A stretch of DNA of 41,168 nt, taken from positions 106,801 to 147,968 of the forward strand of contig NIVC01003307.1 in NCBI GenBank assembly GCA_002269645.1, in the 5' to 3' direction. Source of the DNA: Macrostomum lignano (lineage: Eukaryota). Position 1 is the first letter of the stretch; each line of letters opens with the position of its first letter. Below the pieces are notes generated by a model that saw only the letters and a program-made list of their open reading frames with translations, made no database searches and was not told the origin of the DNA. Shown piece after piece: positions 1 to 13,388 of the stretch. Made by a program: the position numbers and the translations under genes.

Positions 1-117
1 CACAGAATGGGATTCCTAAAGCAAACCCGATAGCGAAAAGGATTTCTGACAAAGGAAAATACACATTTACTGGATTAAAATGACACGAGAAATGCTTGAT
101 TCTGCAGCAAAGCCTAC

Positions 118-285
118 CTTGCCATCAGCTGCAGTGTCCTCTTCAACAGTGTCGTCTTCCTCCTCCTGTTCGAGCATCTTCAATTCCTCAGCCTGACGCT
201 CGTCGTCATTGTACAGGACAGCTTTCTTGGCCGTGACTCGGCCGGAGCGGCCGCTTAGTGCTAACGCCACGGATCCAACCGAGGC
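118..285 (-). CDS. Internal coding exon 3 of the large minus-strand gene (ASVGSVALALSGRSGRVTAKKAVLYNDDERQAEELKMLEQEEEDDTVEEDTAADGK); gene continues beyond the left edge
   Basis: Pyrimidine-rich acceptor ttccccccttgttgccgtttcattgcag| (phase 0) and donor aag|gtaggc at 117. The 168-nt exon is open and in frame with exon 2. RSGRVTAKKAVLYNDD resembles the RRSSRQVKRKRYTED motif preceding the chromodomains of CHD7-type proteins (recalled similarity, not searched). Confidence 0.7.
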
Positions 286-3200
286 CTGCAATGAAACGGC
301 AACAAGGGGGGAAGCGGACGCTGTGAAACTGGCCCGACTGCTGCTGTCGTCAACGTCGGTTAGCTCAGCGTCGTCGGCTTCTGTTTCAACGTCGGCATCG
401 TTGGCCGGATCGGCAGCGGCCGAATTGGAGTCGGTAGGCGGACAACTCGAACTAATTTAGTCTTGGCTCTGTACACCTGATCGTCTGAGGTGTCAGCGAA
501 TGACAAGGCATTCCAAGCTGACGATAAAGGCCGACCGTTTGTGTATTTGAATTTGCGCTTTCGCGAGCCCTTCAAGCTGGCAGGTGCTGGAGACTGTTGC
601 TGCTGCTGTGCTGTGCTGGCTCACTTTCCACTTGCATTTTGTGTGCTAACTATAAATCACAACTGAGACGCATTCCAGCCGGGCCAATTTTAATGCAGCC
701 TGGGGGCCCACTGTCAGTCTGTCGGTCAAGCCGGGGCAGTGGCAACCCGAGACACAAGTAAAAGTGATAGAAGAAAAGGATGAACGAGAGGAGGGGTTGG
801 TGGTGGCAGAAAGATGGCTGAAACTGGATGGGAGACCCGAGAAACTGAGGAAGGGCGGGGAGAGAATGTAGGAGATGACTTTGGCCCTTCTTAAATATCC
901 GTCTGTCCCTCTCTCCGCACTCGGATGGGGGCCTTTCTGCCTCCGCGCTCCTCTCTCTCTTTCTTCGGCCAAGCACCGGGTCGCGGCGGGGACTAGCTTT
1001 AGCTTAGCTCTCTCGGTGGCAGGGGGTCGGAGAGCGGCCAGGAGGATGGATGGGAGGGGAGCAACGGGAGAGCTTTCCCGTGTGTGGTGTGTATGTGCGG
1101 GCGTGTATGTGTGAGAGAGTGTGTGGTAGGAGCAGCTCTATATTTTTTCCTCTCTCAGGCTCAGTCTCTCACTAAAACTCGCAGTCTCTTCAATTGAATT
1201 GATCAGCCAGGGAGGAGAGACGGAGGCAGCGGAGAGGACGAGCGCCCCCCCCCCCCCCAACAGCAGGGAAGAGAGAAAAGAGAGCCCAGAGGATAGGCAA
1301 TGGTTTAGCGCGCGCGAGCCGAGAGGAAGCCAAAGCTTTGAGGGAGTTGAGGATAGGGGGGGGGACTGAGGTGGGGCCTGGAGCGGTCGGTTTGAGAGGC
1401 GGAGTTCAGAGAGAGTATAGGAGGCCAGTGACCCCCCCCCTGACATGACATATGCTATAATATCCTTTTGCAGCGTGACTTGACGGCTTGCAAAAATGGG
1501 ACCAGGCTGGACAGAGGAGAAAGGGAAGCGATCATTGGTGTGCAGGACTTGGGGATTTGAGGAATTCTGAGAAAGAGGAGAGAGAAAGACGCCACCTAAA
1601 AAAAATAAGCTTTGAGAATAGGAGGAATTGAACTGGGGTAGGTGGCGGTGGAGACTACGGAGAGGACAACACGCTTACAGACAGACCACAGGAATATAAT
1701 CTTTTTTTCCTAAAAAAAACTCCGCCAAAATATACCGCTTTGCCGCCCCCGAATACGGTCAGGAAACTTTCGGCTATTCAGCTTTTTTCTTTTTCTTTTT
1801 TGAAAAAAATACAACGCACACAGCCAGTTAGTCTATGGGCGTGGGGTGGGTGGAGTTCAGGGCGGATAGGAGCCGGCCGGGACGTTAAAAGACCTGCTTA
1901 GAAATCTAGGCACAGGATAACACAAGCGACAGCCACCCCACAGCCAACCCTCATCCCCCAGCCGACTTAGAATTAGAAAGGATCCCGTCTCTCGGTCATC
2001 GTGCAATATAGCAAGCTAAGCAGTAAGGCCATTTTTTCCAATCCATTGCCAAAAAAGACGAACTGACGACCCACCGACCTGCCTTGCTGCCTTCACTCGC
2101 TCCAACACCAGCAAGCACACTATTTATAAAGGATTGGCGCTGCGGGGGCAAGGCAGACAGACAGGCACGCGGAGTGGATCTTGCGAGCGGCCAGAGGCGT
2201 AATGCGGAGAGGCGATGGGTGGCTGGGAATCGGTCTCTGTCTCTCTCTCTCTCTCTCTTTCCGGACGACAATTTCTAGCAGGAGTTCCCTTCAAATATAA
2301 TAACTAACTAAATGCTGATCGAGACACACATAGAGCGGTGTTGCGCAGGCCAAATATGTGACAGGTTTTTTAGTGTGCCGAGTACCTGTGGGCTGCGTGT
2401 ATTTGTGTGTGAGAGGGGACAGGAGAGGTCACGGCGCATTGAGTTGGCAAACCGGTTTCAAGCCTCTGGGCTCAACTTCAGGCCAAAAATTGGGCCGAAG
2501 CGGGAGGGTGGCATAAGGAAAACGCAACTAGCTGGGATTTCTAGTTTAAAAAAGAAGCACACGAAAAAAGAAGACAAACCAGCAGCAAAAGCAGAAGATT
2601 TGGTACTGAAGGAAGTTAGGGGTGGGGGGCGCAATATTATAGCGCATTGCCCGCGGAGGGAAGACACACTACAGACAGACAGAGGGGCGCGTGGACACAC
2701 AGCAGCAGCACTTGATAGAGGTGCATAAAAATAAGGGAATGAATTTGCTGTCAAACAAGCCAGAGAGCCAGGTAGAGATGAAAGCGCTTAGAATTTGGGC
2801 AGGCACCGGGGGGGAGCTTTTCCGCTTGCTGGCCAGAAACAGAAATCGGTAATAGCTATAGGCCAAAGCAGAAGGAATTCGCGGGAGGCAAGAGGGAGCT
2901 AAGGGAGGCAGGATGGAAGCTTTAAGGCTATAGCGGCTTCTTCATCAGTTCAAGACGACCGGCAGGGCCAGGCAAGGCAGGAGAGTGAGCAGGGACTGGC
3001 AGGCACGGGGGAGTGAGGGGGGAGGGGAGAGCATTAGCAAGCAAAGTTAAGAAGGCCGAGCAAGGCCTCCTGTCAGCGCGATGCAGCGGGAAACTGGGAG
3101 ATATGGACAGAGGGGATTGCTGATACCCGGCTGGGAGGGGAGGGATCTCAAGACAGGAGACAGGGGGAAGCAGAGAGCAGAGATAAGCAAGGCAGGGTGA

Positions 3201-5675
3201 TGCAGGAGCAGAACTTAGTAAAACCCAGCTGGCAACCATACTTAAAGGAATAACTTTGACCAAACAAAACTAAAGAGACACGCATTATAGTCATATAGAG
3301 GCACAGAATCTCGGGAAACTGGCATGGCAAATCAAGCTTGAGCAGGGGAAACAGTACGAACGGGGAGGGGGGAGCGAGAGCAGACTAGCCGGGCAATGGT
3401 TCATGGAAAAATGCGGCTGTGAGCCCGGGGCTGTGAGCAGCAGGAGATGAGGCAGAGAAAAGATGAAGAAGGAAGTGGAGAAATAGGGAATAGGCGGACA
3501 GAGCACAAGAGTGTTGCCCATTCTATCCTCCGTTCCCTGGACTGCTCAAGGGCAACAGTGATGCTGGAGATGAAGTAGGGTGAGGGGAGGGGAGTCTTTA
3601 GCGGCAGTGGAAGAAGCAAAACGTCCCAAACCGGAGCAGTGTGTGTGTGCGGGGAGGTTGGCGTGGCAAAAACCAGGAGGGGCCGGCCGAGGAGAGAGGA
3701 GGAAGGGGGAGGAAAGGGGAAAAATCGAGGAATGAAGCCAGCAGGGATTGGGATCAGTGAGGATCTCAATTCGCAGGCCTTAACCGGTTTGAGCCCGGGT
3801 GATCTAGACATACAATTAATTACTTAGTAATACTGATATTATTATTATTATTATTAGCTATGAACTGAAACTAACTCAGTAATAAAACATAAGCCAATAA
3901 TAACTATTCCCAGGTAAAGTTAGAACCACACTGCCTGGTTAGTGAGGCAGTTTGCTTAAATAATTCCACAATCGAGCTCTAAGATTGAGGACAGGCCGAT
4001 CTAGTCTAGGGATTGCTAAGAAAGCAGCAATGCAAAGAAAACTGCCGACACCCGAGAGAGTAGGGCAGAGAGAGAGAGAGGCCTATTCACTAACCGAGAC
4101 GCTGGCATAGCGCCATCATGCGCGCGCGCACACACACACGGCCCAGCATAGCCAGAATAGTGTCTCCTTCCTATACACTGCCGATAAAGGGTGATTTGCA
4201 GCTCAGCTCACCACTGGGATTGTACGGAGAAGCCCGAGCTGATAGGAGCAATTCAGCCTCCCTGGCCCCCGCGGGACACCGGCGCGGCAGGCGGCTAGCG
4301 GAGAGGAGAAGAAAAGAAGAGAGAGTAGGGCTGGGGGGAATTTTTCTGTCTGTCTGTCTTCCTGACACTGGCTGAGTACAGGGCGAGTCTGAGTGAGTGT
4401 GTGTGAGTGAGAGAGAGCAAGAGCCCCCTCCCACAGATTTCCCAGATTATTCACTTCCCCTTTAGCCACACAGAAAACTCGTTTGGTTTGGCCAGCCGGG
4501 CCTCTCAGTTGCAGTCAGCGAGGCGGCAAAGACCGGATTAAATTTAGGACGCGCATATATATACACATATAATATCTGCGCAATAAAGTTGGCTACTATA
4601 ATTCAGGACTACACACCTTCCATTAACACACACGGATTGACAAGCCTAGGTAAACCTAGCCTGGCAAAAAGAATATTAACTCTGGGAATAGAAATCTGAT
4701 CAAGGAATCGGTGAGAGCAAGTTTGAAAACCGAACCTTATCAGTGCCAGCTCTGCCTCATCCCTAGTAAAAGTTTCCATAAAATGTCTAACCCTGTAATG
4801 GAGATAATTTAGACAACTAACTTTACTCGCTACTCACAATCGAACAACAGTAGGCATATAAGGAAGTTATATTATAAAAAATAATTTCTGGATAAAAAAC
4901 GCACTAAAAACCCGCAACAAACAGCTATCAGGTAAAGAGCAATCCGAAGAAAACAGGGGAAAAGAGAGAGAGAGAGAGAGAGAGACGGGTTGACGGTACA
5001 GTCAGTCAAGAATGCACATGCGCCAATCGCCGCCTATAGGTTGGACTTGGGTTAGGCCAGATTTCACAAACCGCACCTGGGGTATAAACATGCCTCGCAC
5101 GGCCAAGCCCTACCTAGATGCGAGACAATCACAATCTACGCACATGGCTAGCCTATATAGTCAACTAAACCCGACTGGACCCCGCTAGCGTTCATGCCGG
5201 GAGGAGGGAGGGTGGAGGAAGCCAAAACCTGCATCGCGCCTTCTCCCTGTTCCGCCTTCTCTTCTCTCTCCTCTCTCCGCTGTTTTAGTCAGCTTCTTTT
5301 TGGTTTCTTTTCGAAAAAGAAAAAGTCATTTAACTGGGCCTAAACTGGCGGCAGTCAGCTGGCGGGAAGGAAATAAGGCTACGCAGGCCAAGAGATGATG
5401 ACAAGAACCTGAACGATAGAGAGGAAAAGTAGTAGGAATGGGGGGGTTGGGGTGGGGTGGGTGCGGCTAAGGTCGCGCGAGTTTTCTGTTGCCGAGCAAG
5501 GCAGAGGCGGCATCAATATTTCATTCGCTCGCTTATAAATTGGGCAGAGAGCTCTGCACACTACACAGTAGTATTAATATGATTTTGCCTGCCTTCTGCA
5601 GCTTCTGAACTGTGCACTGAACAGATATTGTTCTTGTGAATACCGGCTTTTAGTTCTATGGAAAACTAAGCCGGG

Positions 5676-6104
<429 letters not shown>

Positions 6105-7021
6105 TAGAAAACTACAAAATATCTATGACAGAGTGAAGCGGCGAAATCAATTCACCACTCCAAGCAAAACTAAGCTATACTCTCTACTTAGTGGGTCGGA
6201 CAGTATCTAGATAGGCAAAAAAGGCCGGCACAAGCTGAACGGCAGAAAATCGTGATGGTGGGGAGCCAGGAGAACGATATACTGTGTGCGAGAGAGAGAC
6301 GAAAGTGAAAGAGATCCCCGCGTGGCCTGACATTGGCTGGCGGTGGGGTTCAAGCAATTCACTGGAAATATTGACCTGCATCTTCTGGCCCGAGAGAAAA
6401 AGAGAGAGAGAGAGACAGATGAAGAGGGAGATGATGCTGGGAGCGGCTCGTATAGACGAAATGGGGGGATTTCGGGGAATGAAAGCTTTGGGAACAAGAA
6501 GCTGGAGTGAGAAAGAGAGGGAGAGAGACCGCGGAAAAGGCTTCGGATCGTAGATTCGGAGACGGAAGGGATGTCCAACACACGATGGGGGGGGGGTTGG
6601 CGCGGACTAGGCGGGGATCAGCTGGTGCAATACAAGCAGCAAGCGGACAGAATAGAGGGGGTGGGTGGGAAGAAAGGCAGAGGGACGGAGGTGAAGGAGA
6701 TGAAGGAGAGCGGCACTGAGATACCTGCTAGTGCCATTGCTAAAACAGGAGATTCTCTGGCTAATAGAAACCAACCATTAAGTCCTTTTAGACTTGGGGC
6801 TCGGGCTCGGGCGATTCGAGGTCGGGCAAAGATCTGGACGAAACTAGCCAAGTTTGGAGTCCCCTAGTTTGAGGAGATAAAAGGAATAGACAGGGGCGGG
6901 CCAGCGCACCGAAAAGAAATGGCCTTACCTCACCAGTTCTCCACTACCAATTTTTTTTACGTAAAAATCAATCAAATGTTGACAAAATTATTTAGAAAAC
7001 AAATAATGACACGAAGCTTAC

Positions 7022-7217
7022 CGAGTCCTCGCTGGCGGCATCAATCGAGGCATCTCCAGCGGAGACGGAGGCCGCAGATGCGGCGGCAGCGGCTGCAGCG
7101 GCGGCAGCAGCGGCGGCAGCGGCAAACGACTTGCTGGGCCGATGATCAACATCGTCCGAGTCGTCCGACTCGTCGCCGCGTTTCGGTCGCTTCTTTTTAA
7201 TCAGGACGGGTGCCGGC
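7022..7217 (-). CDS. Coding exon 2 of the large minus-strand gene (PAPVLIKKKRPKRGDESDDSDDVDHRPSKSF-polyA-SAASVSAGDASIDAASEDS)
   Basis: Acceptor ctcactaaatctttccgtccgcag| and donor tcg|gtaagc. The 196-nt exon is phase 2 in and phase 0 out, continuing the exon 1 frame across a 216-nt intron. Confidence 0.8.
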
Positions 7218-7433
7218 CTGCGGACGGAAAGATTTAGTGAGTGAAATGCTTTTATACTACTAATATATTAAGTAGTATTGAGGAGCATACAAGCAGCAAC
7301 CCTCGAACAATAAAAGTACCTGGTAGTTTTCTAGGATTTTTTAACTAGTAATTATAACAAACAAGAGCTGGGTCAAGGGGTCAATTGCCCCCACCCCTAC
7401 TATCATGAAAATGTGAAAAACCACGACACGAAC

Positions 7434-9910
7434 CTTCGTTTTTTGCTTGGCGCCGACGTTTTGGACTTTTTAGCCGGCGGTGGCTGGCTGGCGCTGTCGG
7501 CGTCGCCCACGTCCGCTGACGGAGCTGAAGCGGCGGCGGCGGCGACAACCTGACTCTTGGGCGGAGCGGGGGCGATCGGCACCAGTCCTTGGGCGTTGGC
7601 AAAGGCCACCGCCGACGCAGCGTCAGCAGTCGGAGTTGACGGCGGGGTCTTCTTTTTCTTTTTTTTAGACTTGGCCGGCTGGGCTCGTTTCGGAGTTGCC
7701 GCTTCGGTTGGAGCCGCTGCCTCCTCTGTCGGGGCCACCGATGATTCATCAGCGGCAGTCGCTGCTGCCGTGGCCTTCTTGGACTTTGAAGACTTAGGAG
7801 TGGACTTCTTCTTGGAAGCCGCAGCAACTGGTGTCGTGCTTTCGTTGGCTTTCTCTTCAGCTTCTTTTTCTGGTTGTTGTTTTTTCTTCTTTGATTTTTT
7901 CGGCTTGCTTGGCGCCACCTCGGCGGCTGCGGCGGCGACTGCGACATCCGTTGCCGAATCGTCCAACGCGGCGATTGACGAAGGCGTCGCAGATGCCTCG
8001 GGGGCGCCAGCGGCTGATTCGCTCTCCCGTTTGCGCTTTGTCGCAGCCGGCCGTCTTCGCTTCGGTGGCGAAGGCGCCGCCGCCGCGAAAACCGGCGCTT
8101 CGCTGCCGCAAACGTCTGCTAGAGTTTCATCGATAGATCCCAACTGATGCTGCGGCTCCGCTATGAGCACCGGCGGCTGCGGACCGCAAGAGCCAGGCAT
8201 AGTTGTTGCCGTCTTCGCTGCCGCCGCAGATTCTTCGGCTGGCGTTGTTGGCGAAATCTGCGGCGACGAGGTCGGCAATGAGGTCGACGCTTTCAATTGC
8301 GGCGCGTCAACGCCGCTGACTGGCAACGCTGGCTGCTTCTGCTTAGGCCGAATAGGCGGGTAGGCCCGGCCGCCAGCGGATGAGACGGCAACAGTGGTGA
8401 CTGCGGAGGTGGTGATCAACTGAGGAGGCAGAGGCGGTGACAGCACTGGCGGCTTACTATAGCTAGTATTAATGTTACTAGACGCATCTGACACGGAAAC
8501 GGCAACTATAGAAGAACACGCTTCTGATGGAGCAGCAACATTTTGGACAGGCTTAGCAGAGCTATCGTCTAGCCCAGTCTCCGGCTTGCTGACTTGCGGA
8601 GTCTCAGCTGCCGGGACTGCGTACTGCGGACTCGGCGACAGACTAGGAGGCTGATCCTTGACTCCGCTCTCCGGCTCAGCTGCCTGCACTTCAACAACAG
8701 TTGATTTTTGCGCCGCCTCGGGTTCAGCTGGTGCAGCAGGAACAGTGTCGCATTCCATTGGCACGGTTGGTGAGACAGTCTCCGCCTTAGTTGCACTTGA
8801 ATCATCCGGTGTGGACTTTGGCAACTTTGTCTCAACTTTTGGTTCAGTTTTATCTTGCTGATCAGTGTCCGGTTTTGTGTTAATCACTTCACTAGAAGCT
8901 TCATCAACCAGCATCTGCTCCTCGTTTGAGCTTGCAGCGGATTCTTTCACTGGCTCCGATGGCCTGGAGTTGTCCTGTTCCATCTGCTGCTCCTGGCGCG
9001 GCGAAGGCTGCTTGTCCGCCTCCGTCATCTCCGCTGCAATATTATCCACGTTTTCGTTTAGATTTAAAGCCGTAGAAGATGCTTCCTCGTCGTCTTCTGG
9101 CGAACACTGCACCGGCGGCGTATTCATCTCTTGCCTGGCCGCGTCCGCATTGCTGCTTTCGTCATCATCTTCTTCCTCATCATCACCATCATCTTCAGCC
9201 TCTTCAGCCACTACGTCATCGCTATTCCCAATGTCAACTGGGATAGCGCTACTGCTATGAACGTCGCTACTGATACTGGTACGAACTGCTGGTAAATCCG
9301 CAGTCATCGATTGTGAAATCATCGATGCTGTACAGGGTGGCAACGGCTGAGAGATTGGCGATGGTCGAGGAGGCGGCTGCGGAACTGGAGGTGGAGCTTG
9401 ATGCTGATGCTGTTGCTGCTGCTGCGGGGGCGGCGGAGGAGGCGGCGGCGGAGGCGGTGGCGGATGCATCTGATGCATTTGCGGATGCTGATGAGGCATT
9501 GGCTGCATGTGATGAGGCGATTTCATCATTGACGTGTTGGCTATTGAGGCTTGCGGCGGCACGTGCATCTGATGCAACTGAGAAGGCGACTGCGGCGGCA
9601 TCTGACCCGGATACGGTGCCGCCGTCTGCGGATGGTGATACATCTGCTGCTGTTGCTGCTGGTGCATTTGCTGATGCTGGAGAAGCTGTTGATGATGCTG
9701 AGACAGCTGCTGCGGATGCTGCTGTTGATGCAAAAGATGCTGTTGCTGTTGCTGCTGCTGTTGATGATGAGCACTTGATCTGCTACCTCGTTTACTACCA
9801 GACTCGCCTTTGGACGATGACGGCGGAGGGGCAGCTGGAGGGGGCATAAGCTGCGGACTAGGCAAGCTCTGTTGCTGAGTAGGCTGCTGAGGCGGTTGCT
9901 GTTGTTGTTG

Positions 9911-9941
<31 letters not shown>

Positions 9942-10630
9942 ACTTGCAACGGCGCCATAGGCTCCCTAACTGACGCCATTGACGTAGGCTGTTGAGGATA
10001 TTGCATATGATGAGCGGCAGCGTTTAAATGCGAATGCGGCGAACCGTAAGGTCCGCCTGGATAGCCCGGATATCCTTGCTGCTGTTGAGCTGCAGCCTGC
10101 TGCGGTTGAGCATACTGCTGATGGTGATAGGCGCTAGGACTGTACATCTGCTGCTGATGCGGTGATCGGTACACTCGCTGAGCGTAGGCGGCAGCAGCTG
10201 AAGCAGACGCACCCGGATATCCGGGATAGCCACCGGCGCCGCCAGTTGAAGACGCTGACCAGGGATCGGCGCCAGCGGCGCCAGCAGCAGCAGCAGAGCG
10301 CATCTGATGCGACGGCGAAGAAGTCGGATAGCCGCTTGGGCCGCCGGGGTAGCCGGCGTACTGCGAAGGCGATGGATAGCCGGTCGAGTCAGTGGGGTAC
10401 ATGCGCTGCTGCTGGGGATAATAGGCAGCTGGCCCGCCGCCAGCTCCAGAATAATCCGGCATAGCCTGAGCCTGGCCAAATCCGCTAGGCATGCCAGTTG
10501 GCTGCTGCCCAGCAACCGGGTCACCGTTGGTCAGCTCCTCCAAGAAGCTGGTGCCGCCGACACCGCCGCCGCCGGCGCTAGAGTGCGAAGACGACGGCTC
10601 GAGAAAGTTCATGAAAGACTGCCCGTCCAT
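7434..10630 (-). CDS. First coding exon (~1,065 aa) of a large nuclear protein with a disordered Q/H/P/Y-rich then acidic and K-rich N-terminus; tentatively CHD7/8/9 (kismet)-like
   Basis: 3.2-kb open frame from aaacATGg (MDGQSFMNFLE...), polyQ/polyP tracts, several basic NLS-like clusters (KPKKSKKKK, KSKKKKKK) and donor ag|gttcgt at 7433. No folded domain lies in the window, so the family assignment is low-confidence inference; an ARID1/osa-like protein is an alternative. Confidence 0.85.
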
Positions 10631-13246
10631 GTTTAGCGATAACCAGATTATCAATAATGCCTTGATTGCCCGCCTAAGGTGCAGGGGGGCAATCGAACTG
10701 GCCTGCCAATTACTCGCTCTATTTAATCGGCTGCATCAGTTGAACAAGTGTACCGATAAAAAATTGAGAGTGGATAAATTGTGACCTTTGTTATTCTTTT
10801 GTTCCTATTATCAACACCTTGACAAGCTTTGATAGGCTTTCAAGCGGTTGCCTTGCTGGGCTGATTAATCGCGGCTTATTTAAGTAATTTTCTTTATCGC
10901 GCTCGAGCGCCGATGCTTGATCGGCAGCCGACACAAAATTGGCAGCAAAAGAATTATATAGATAATGGATATTGGCATAAATGGTAATAGGGAAAGCTAA
11001 CCTAATTGAATAACTTTCAAATTTTAGCCTATGTGCTCAAGCTGCTCATTGATTCCACTGTCTCAAGGTTTCTACATACTATTGAGCAATAAAACAGAGC
11101 GGTTCATATTCTTAGTGGGTGGCAGACTGGGCTTGCTTTCTTGGCAAAGCTTCCAAAGCCCCCTGTGTATCCTTCGAAACCGGCCCACCTCAACTCCCAA
11201 AGCGTGTCTGCAGTGCTGTGTGTGTGACGCATCGCGCTTTCCTTTCCTCTTTCTGGCTGCCTGGCCTCTCTTTTTGCTAGTTCACTCGACATTAAAGAGA
11301 AAGAGAGAGAGAAAGGGTGGGGCAGGAGGCAGTAGTATTGGATAGAGATTGCTGTATGGGAGAAAAAAGGAGAGGGTGGAAGGCCAAAGGCCTCGGCTGG
11401 GAAATACGCGGCAATGAGGCATAGTGTAGAGGGAGACTTAGGAGGATATTTTAGCCGTGGACGAGAAAACGCGAGCTTCAGAATTATTGCTCAGGGAGTT
11501 TGAGTGTGTAGCGGAGACTCTGTGAAGATCAGGCGAGAAGGGAAGAGAGCAAAGTAGGAGGGTGGGGTGGGGAGACGAACAGTGTGGTGGAGGGCTTGGG
11601 AAGAGCCGTAGTCCCGTTTATTCACAGCGGCCCCAGCCCCCCCCCCCCGTCTCGCATGTGCGCCAAAGAGAACTAAGCCAGCCAGCTACCCCTGCTACTT
11701 GAGTTGAGACGCGCAGCATTAGCAGCTCAGGAGAATCTGGTGATGCGGCTGGCCAGTGGGCGGAGGAGAGGAGGAGCTGTGTGGCTTAGCAGTCTGTTTT
11801 CCCTTCCTCAAAGACAAGAGACAGGGTTGGGAGAGAATAGCCGCAGTCCCATCCACCCATCTGGATTAAGGAGTCGAGAAGATAGATAAAGAAATCATCA
11901 ACGCGGACAAAATTTATGCAGTGTCAAAAAGGTTCTCGATGAAGCACGCAGAGACGGAACAGACCTTTTCGAATCACCCGCTATCCATGGATGGACCATG
12001 CCTTACTCTTAAGCGAGGCAAGCCAACAAAGTAACCAAAGCGAACAAAGTTCATTAAAAGAGAGAAAGCTCTTATACCTACTAAAATCAAAGTAAAAAAA
12101 GAGACTGAACAGGCTAAGCTAGGGCAGCCTCCCGTCCCCATCCTTCATCCATATCCTTCACCCCAGCAGAATTATGGAAGCGCGCGCGCCTGGGCGGTGC
12201 TTTCTAAGAAAGAAAAACTAATGCCTCAGCTAGGCGGTTTCGGGACGGAGTTAGCCACAGAAAAAGAGAGCTGAGGAGGAAAGGCGGGAGAGAGATAGAG
12301 GGAGCAGAAGCTGAGCTAGAAGACTCCTCACCCTGGCCGCACCGAACCCGATCAGGAAATTTGTGGGTGGTTGAGGCATCTTGGTCTTGCTGTGTCTGGG
12401 GTGGGGGGTGAGACACAGGCGAAGTGGATAGGTATAGCTTTATATGACTGAAAGCTGAAGAATGGGGTGGAAGGGCGGGGGGAAGGTTGGTCGGTCGCCC
12501 GCTGAAGCTCGGCTTTAACTATGCTCTCGGTGAGGAGAGCCGGACAGACAGACGTGGCCTTGGGAGACGGGGAGGAGGTGAGGAAGAGGGGAAGATTTTG
12601 GTGGCAATCGGGGGGGGGGGGGACTGGAGCAAGCGAAGGTCGGGAAAGAGATAGAGAGAGTGACACAGGAACAGAGGGGATGGGGATATTTTTAGGAGGT
12701 TTCCAATTAGATAGAAGCATGGAAGAGGAGGGAAAGGGGAAGATTGGCTTGGCTTTGAGTAAAAAAAGGGAAGTCAGATAGATCGTCAAGAGCGCGGGCT
12801 GCATCTGCGGGGAGGGGAAGAGAAGGCAGGGGATTTTGAAGTCCCGAAATCACAGCAAACTGTCCGAAGCCAGTAACTGTAGAAGAAAAGTAAAAACTAT
12901 CAAACTATTTCTATAAAACAGTGCAAAACTAACTATAGACTCTACATCAGCTAAGTATAGGCGCACATAAGGGAATAAAAATGAAACGCAAAACAAACAC
13001 GCAATGACAAGTCAATCGCAGGAGCAAATGCCATTTCAGAGTATTTATAATCTACTCGATTTACTGAATGCTCAGAAAAAAAGACAGAAAGATGCGGACA
13101 AATTGATCTTTACAGTAATAGCTAGTACGAGGACTTTAGCGCAGAAAAGTACACAATGTTTTAACCACTTCAATACATTAATGTAATAGTAGAAGGCTTA
13201 TAGATGTTAGTGCTCTGGCACTTTCTATATATAAATTTTAGGTTAC

Positions 13247-13302
13247 TGCTATTGGCTGAAGGTGGTCACGTGACCGGCTTACCCAGATCTACAAACCAAT
13301 AG
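13247..13302. promoter_or_regulatory. Candidate CCAAT box / GTCACGTGAC E-box / CCAAT module upstream of the large gene
   Basis: ATTGG(13251)-N11-CACGTG(13267) in a GTCACGTGAC palindrome, plus a second CCAAT near 13296, about 2.6 kb upstream of the ATG at 10630. Confidence 0.4.
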
Positions 13303-13388
13303 TAAGGCCGCGTACTATATATGCATGTAGAGAGAACGCGGGTAGTTCAGTTGAGCCAAAAATGAACAAGGGGCTACACTGCCGAAGA

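Noticed and set aside
360-650. ORF 360-575 and a possible 21-nt microexon ending at donor aaa|gtgagc (~626)
   Set aside because: There is no recognisable protein similarity and the splice context is weak; it cannot be supported without transcripts.
7381-10784. Many shorter overlapping ORFs on both strands
   Set aside because: They are shadow frames of the GC-rich, low-complexity 3.2-kb exon.
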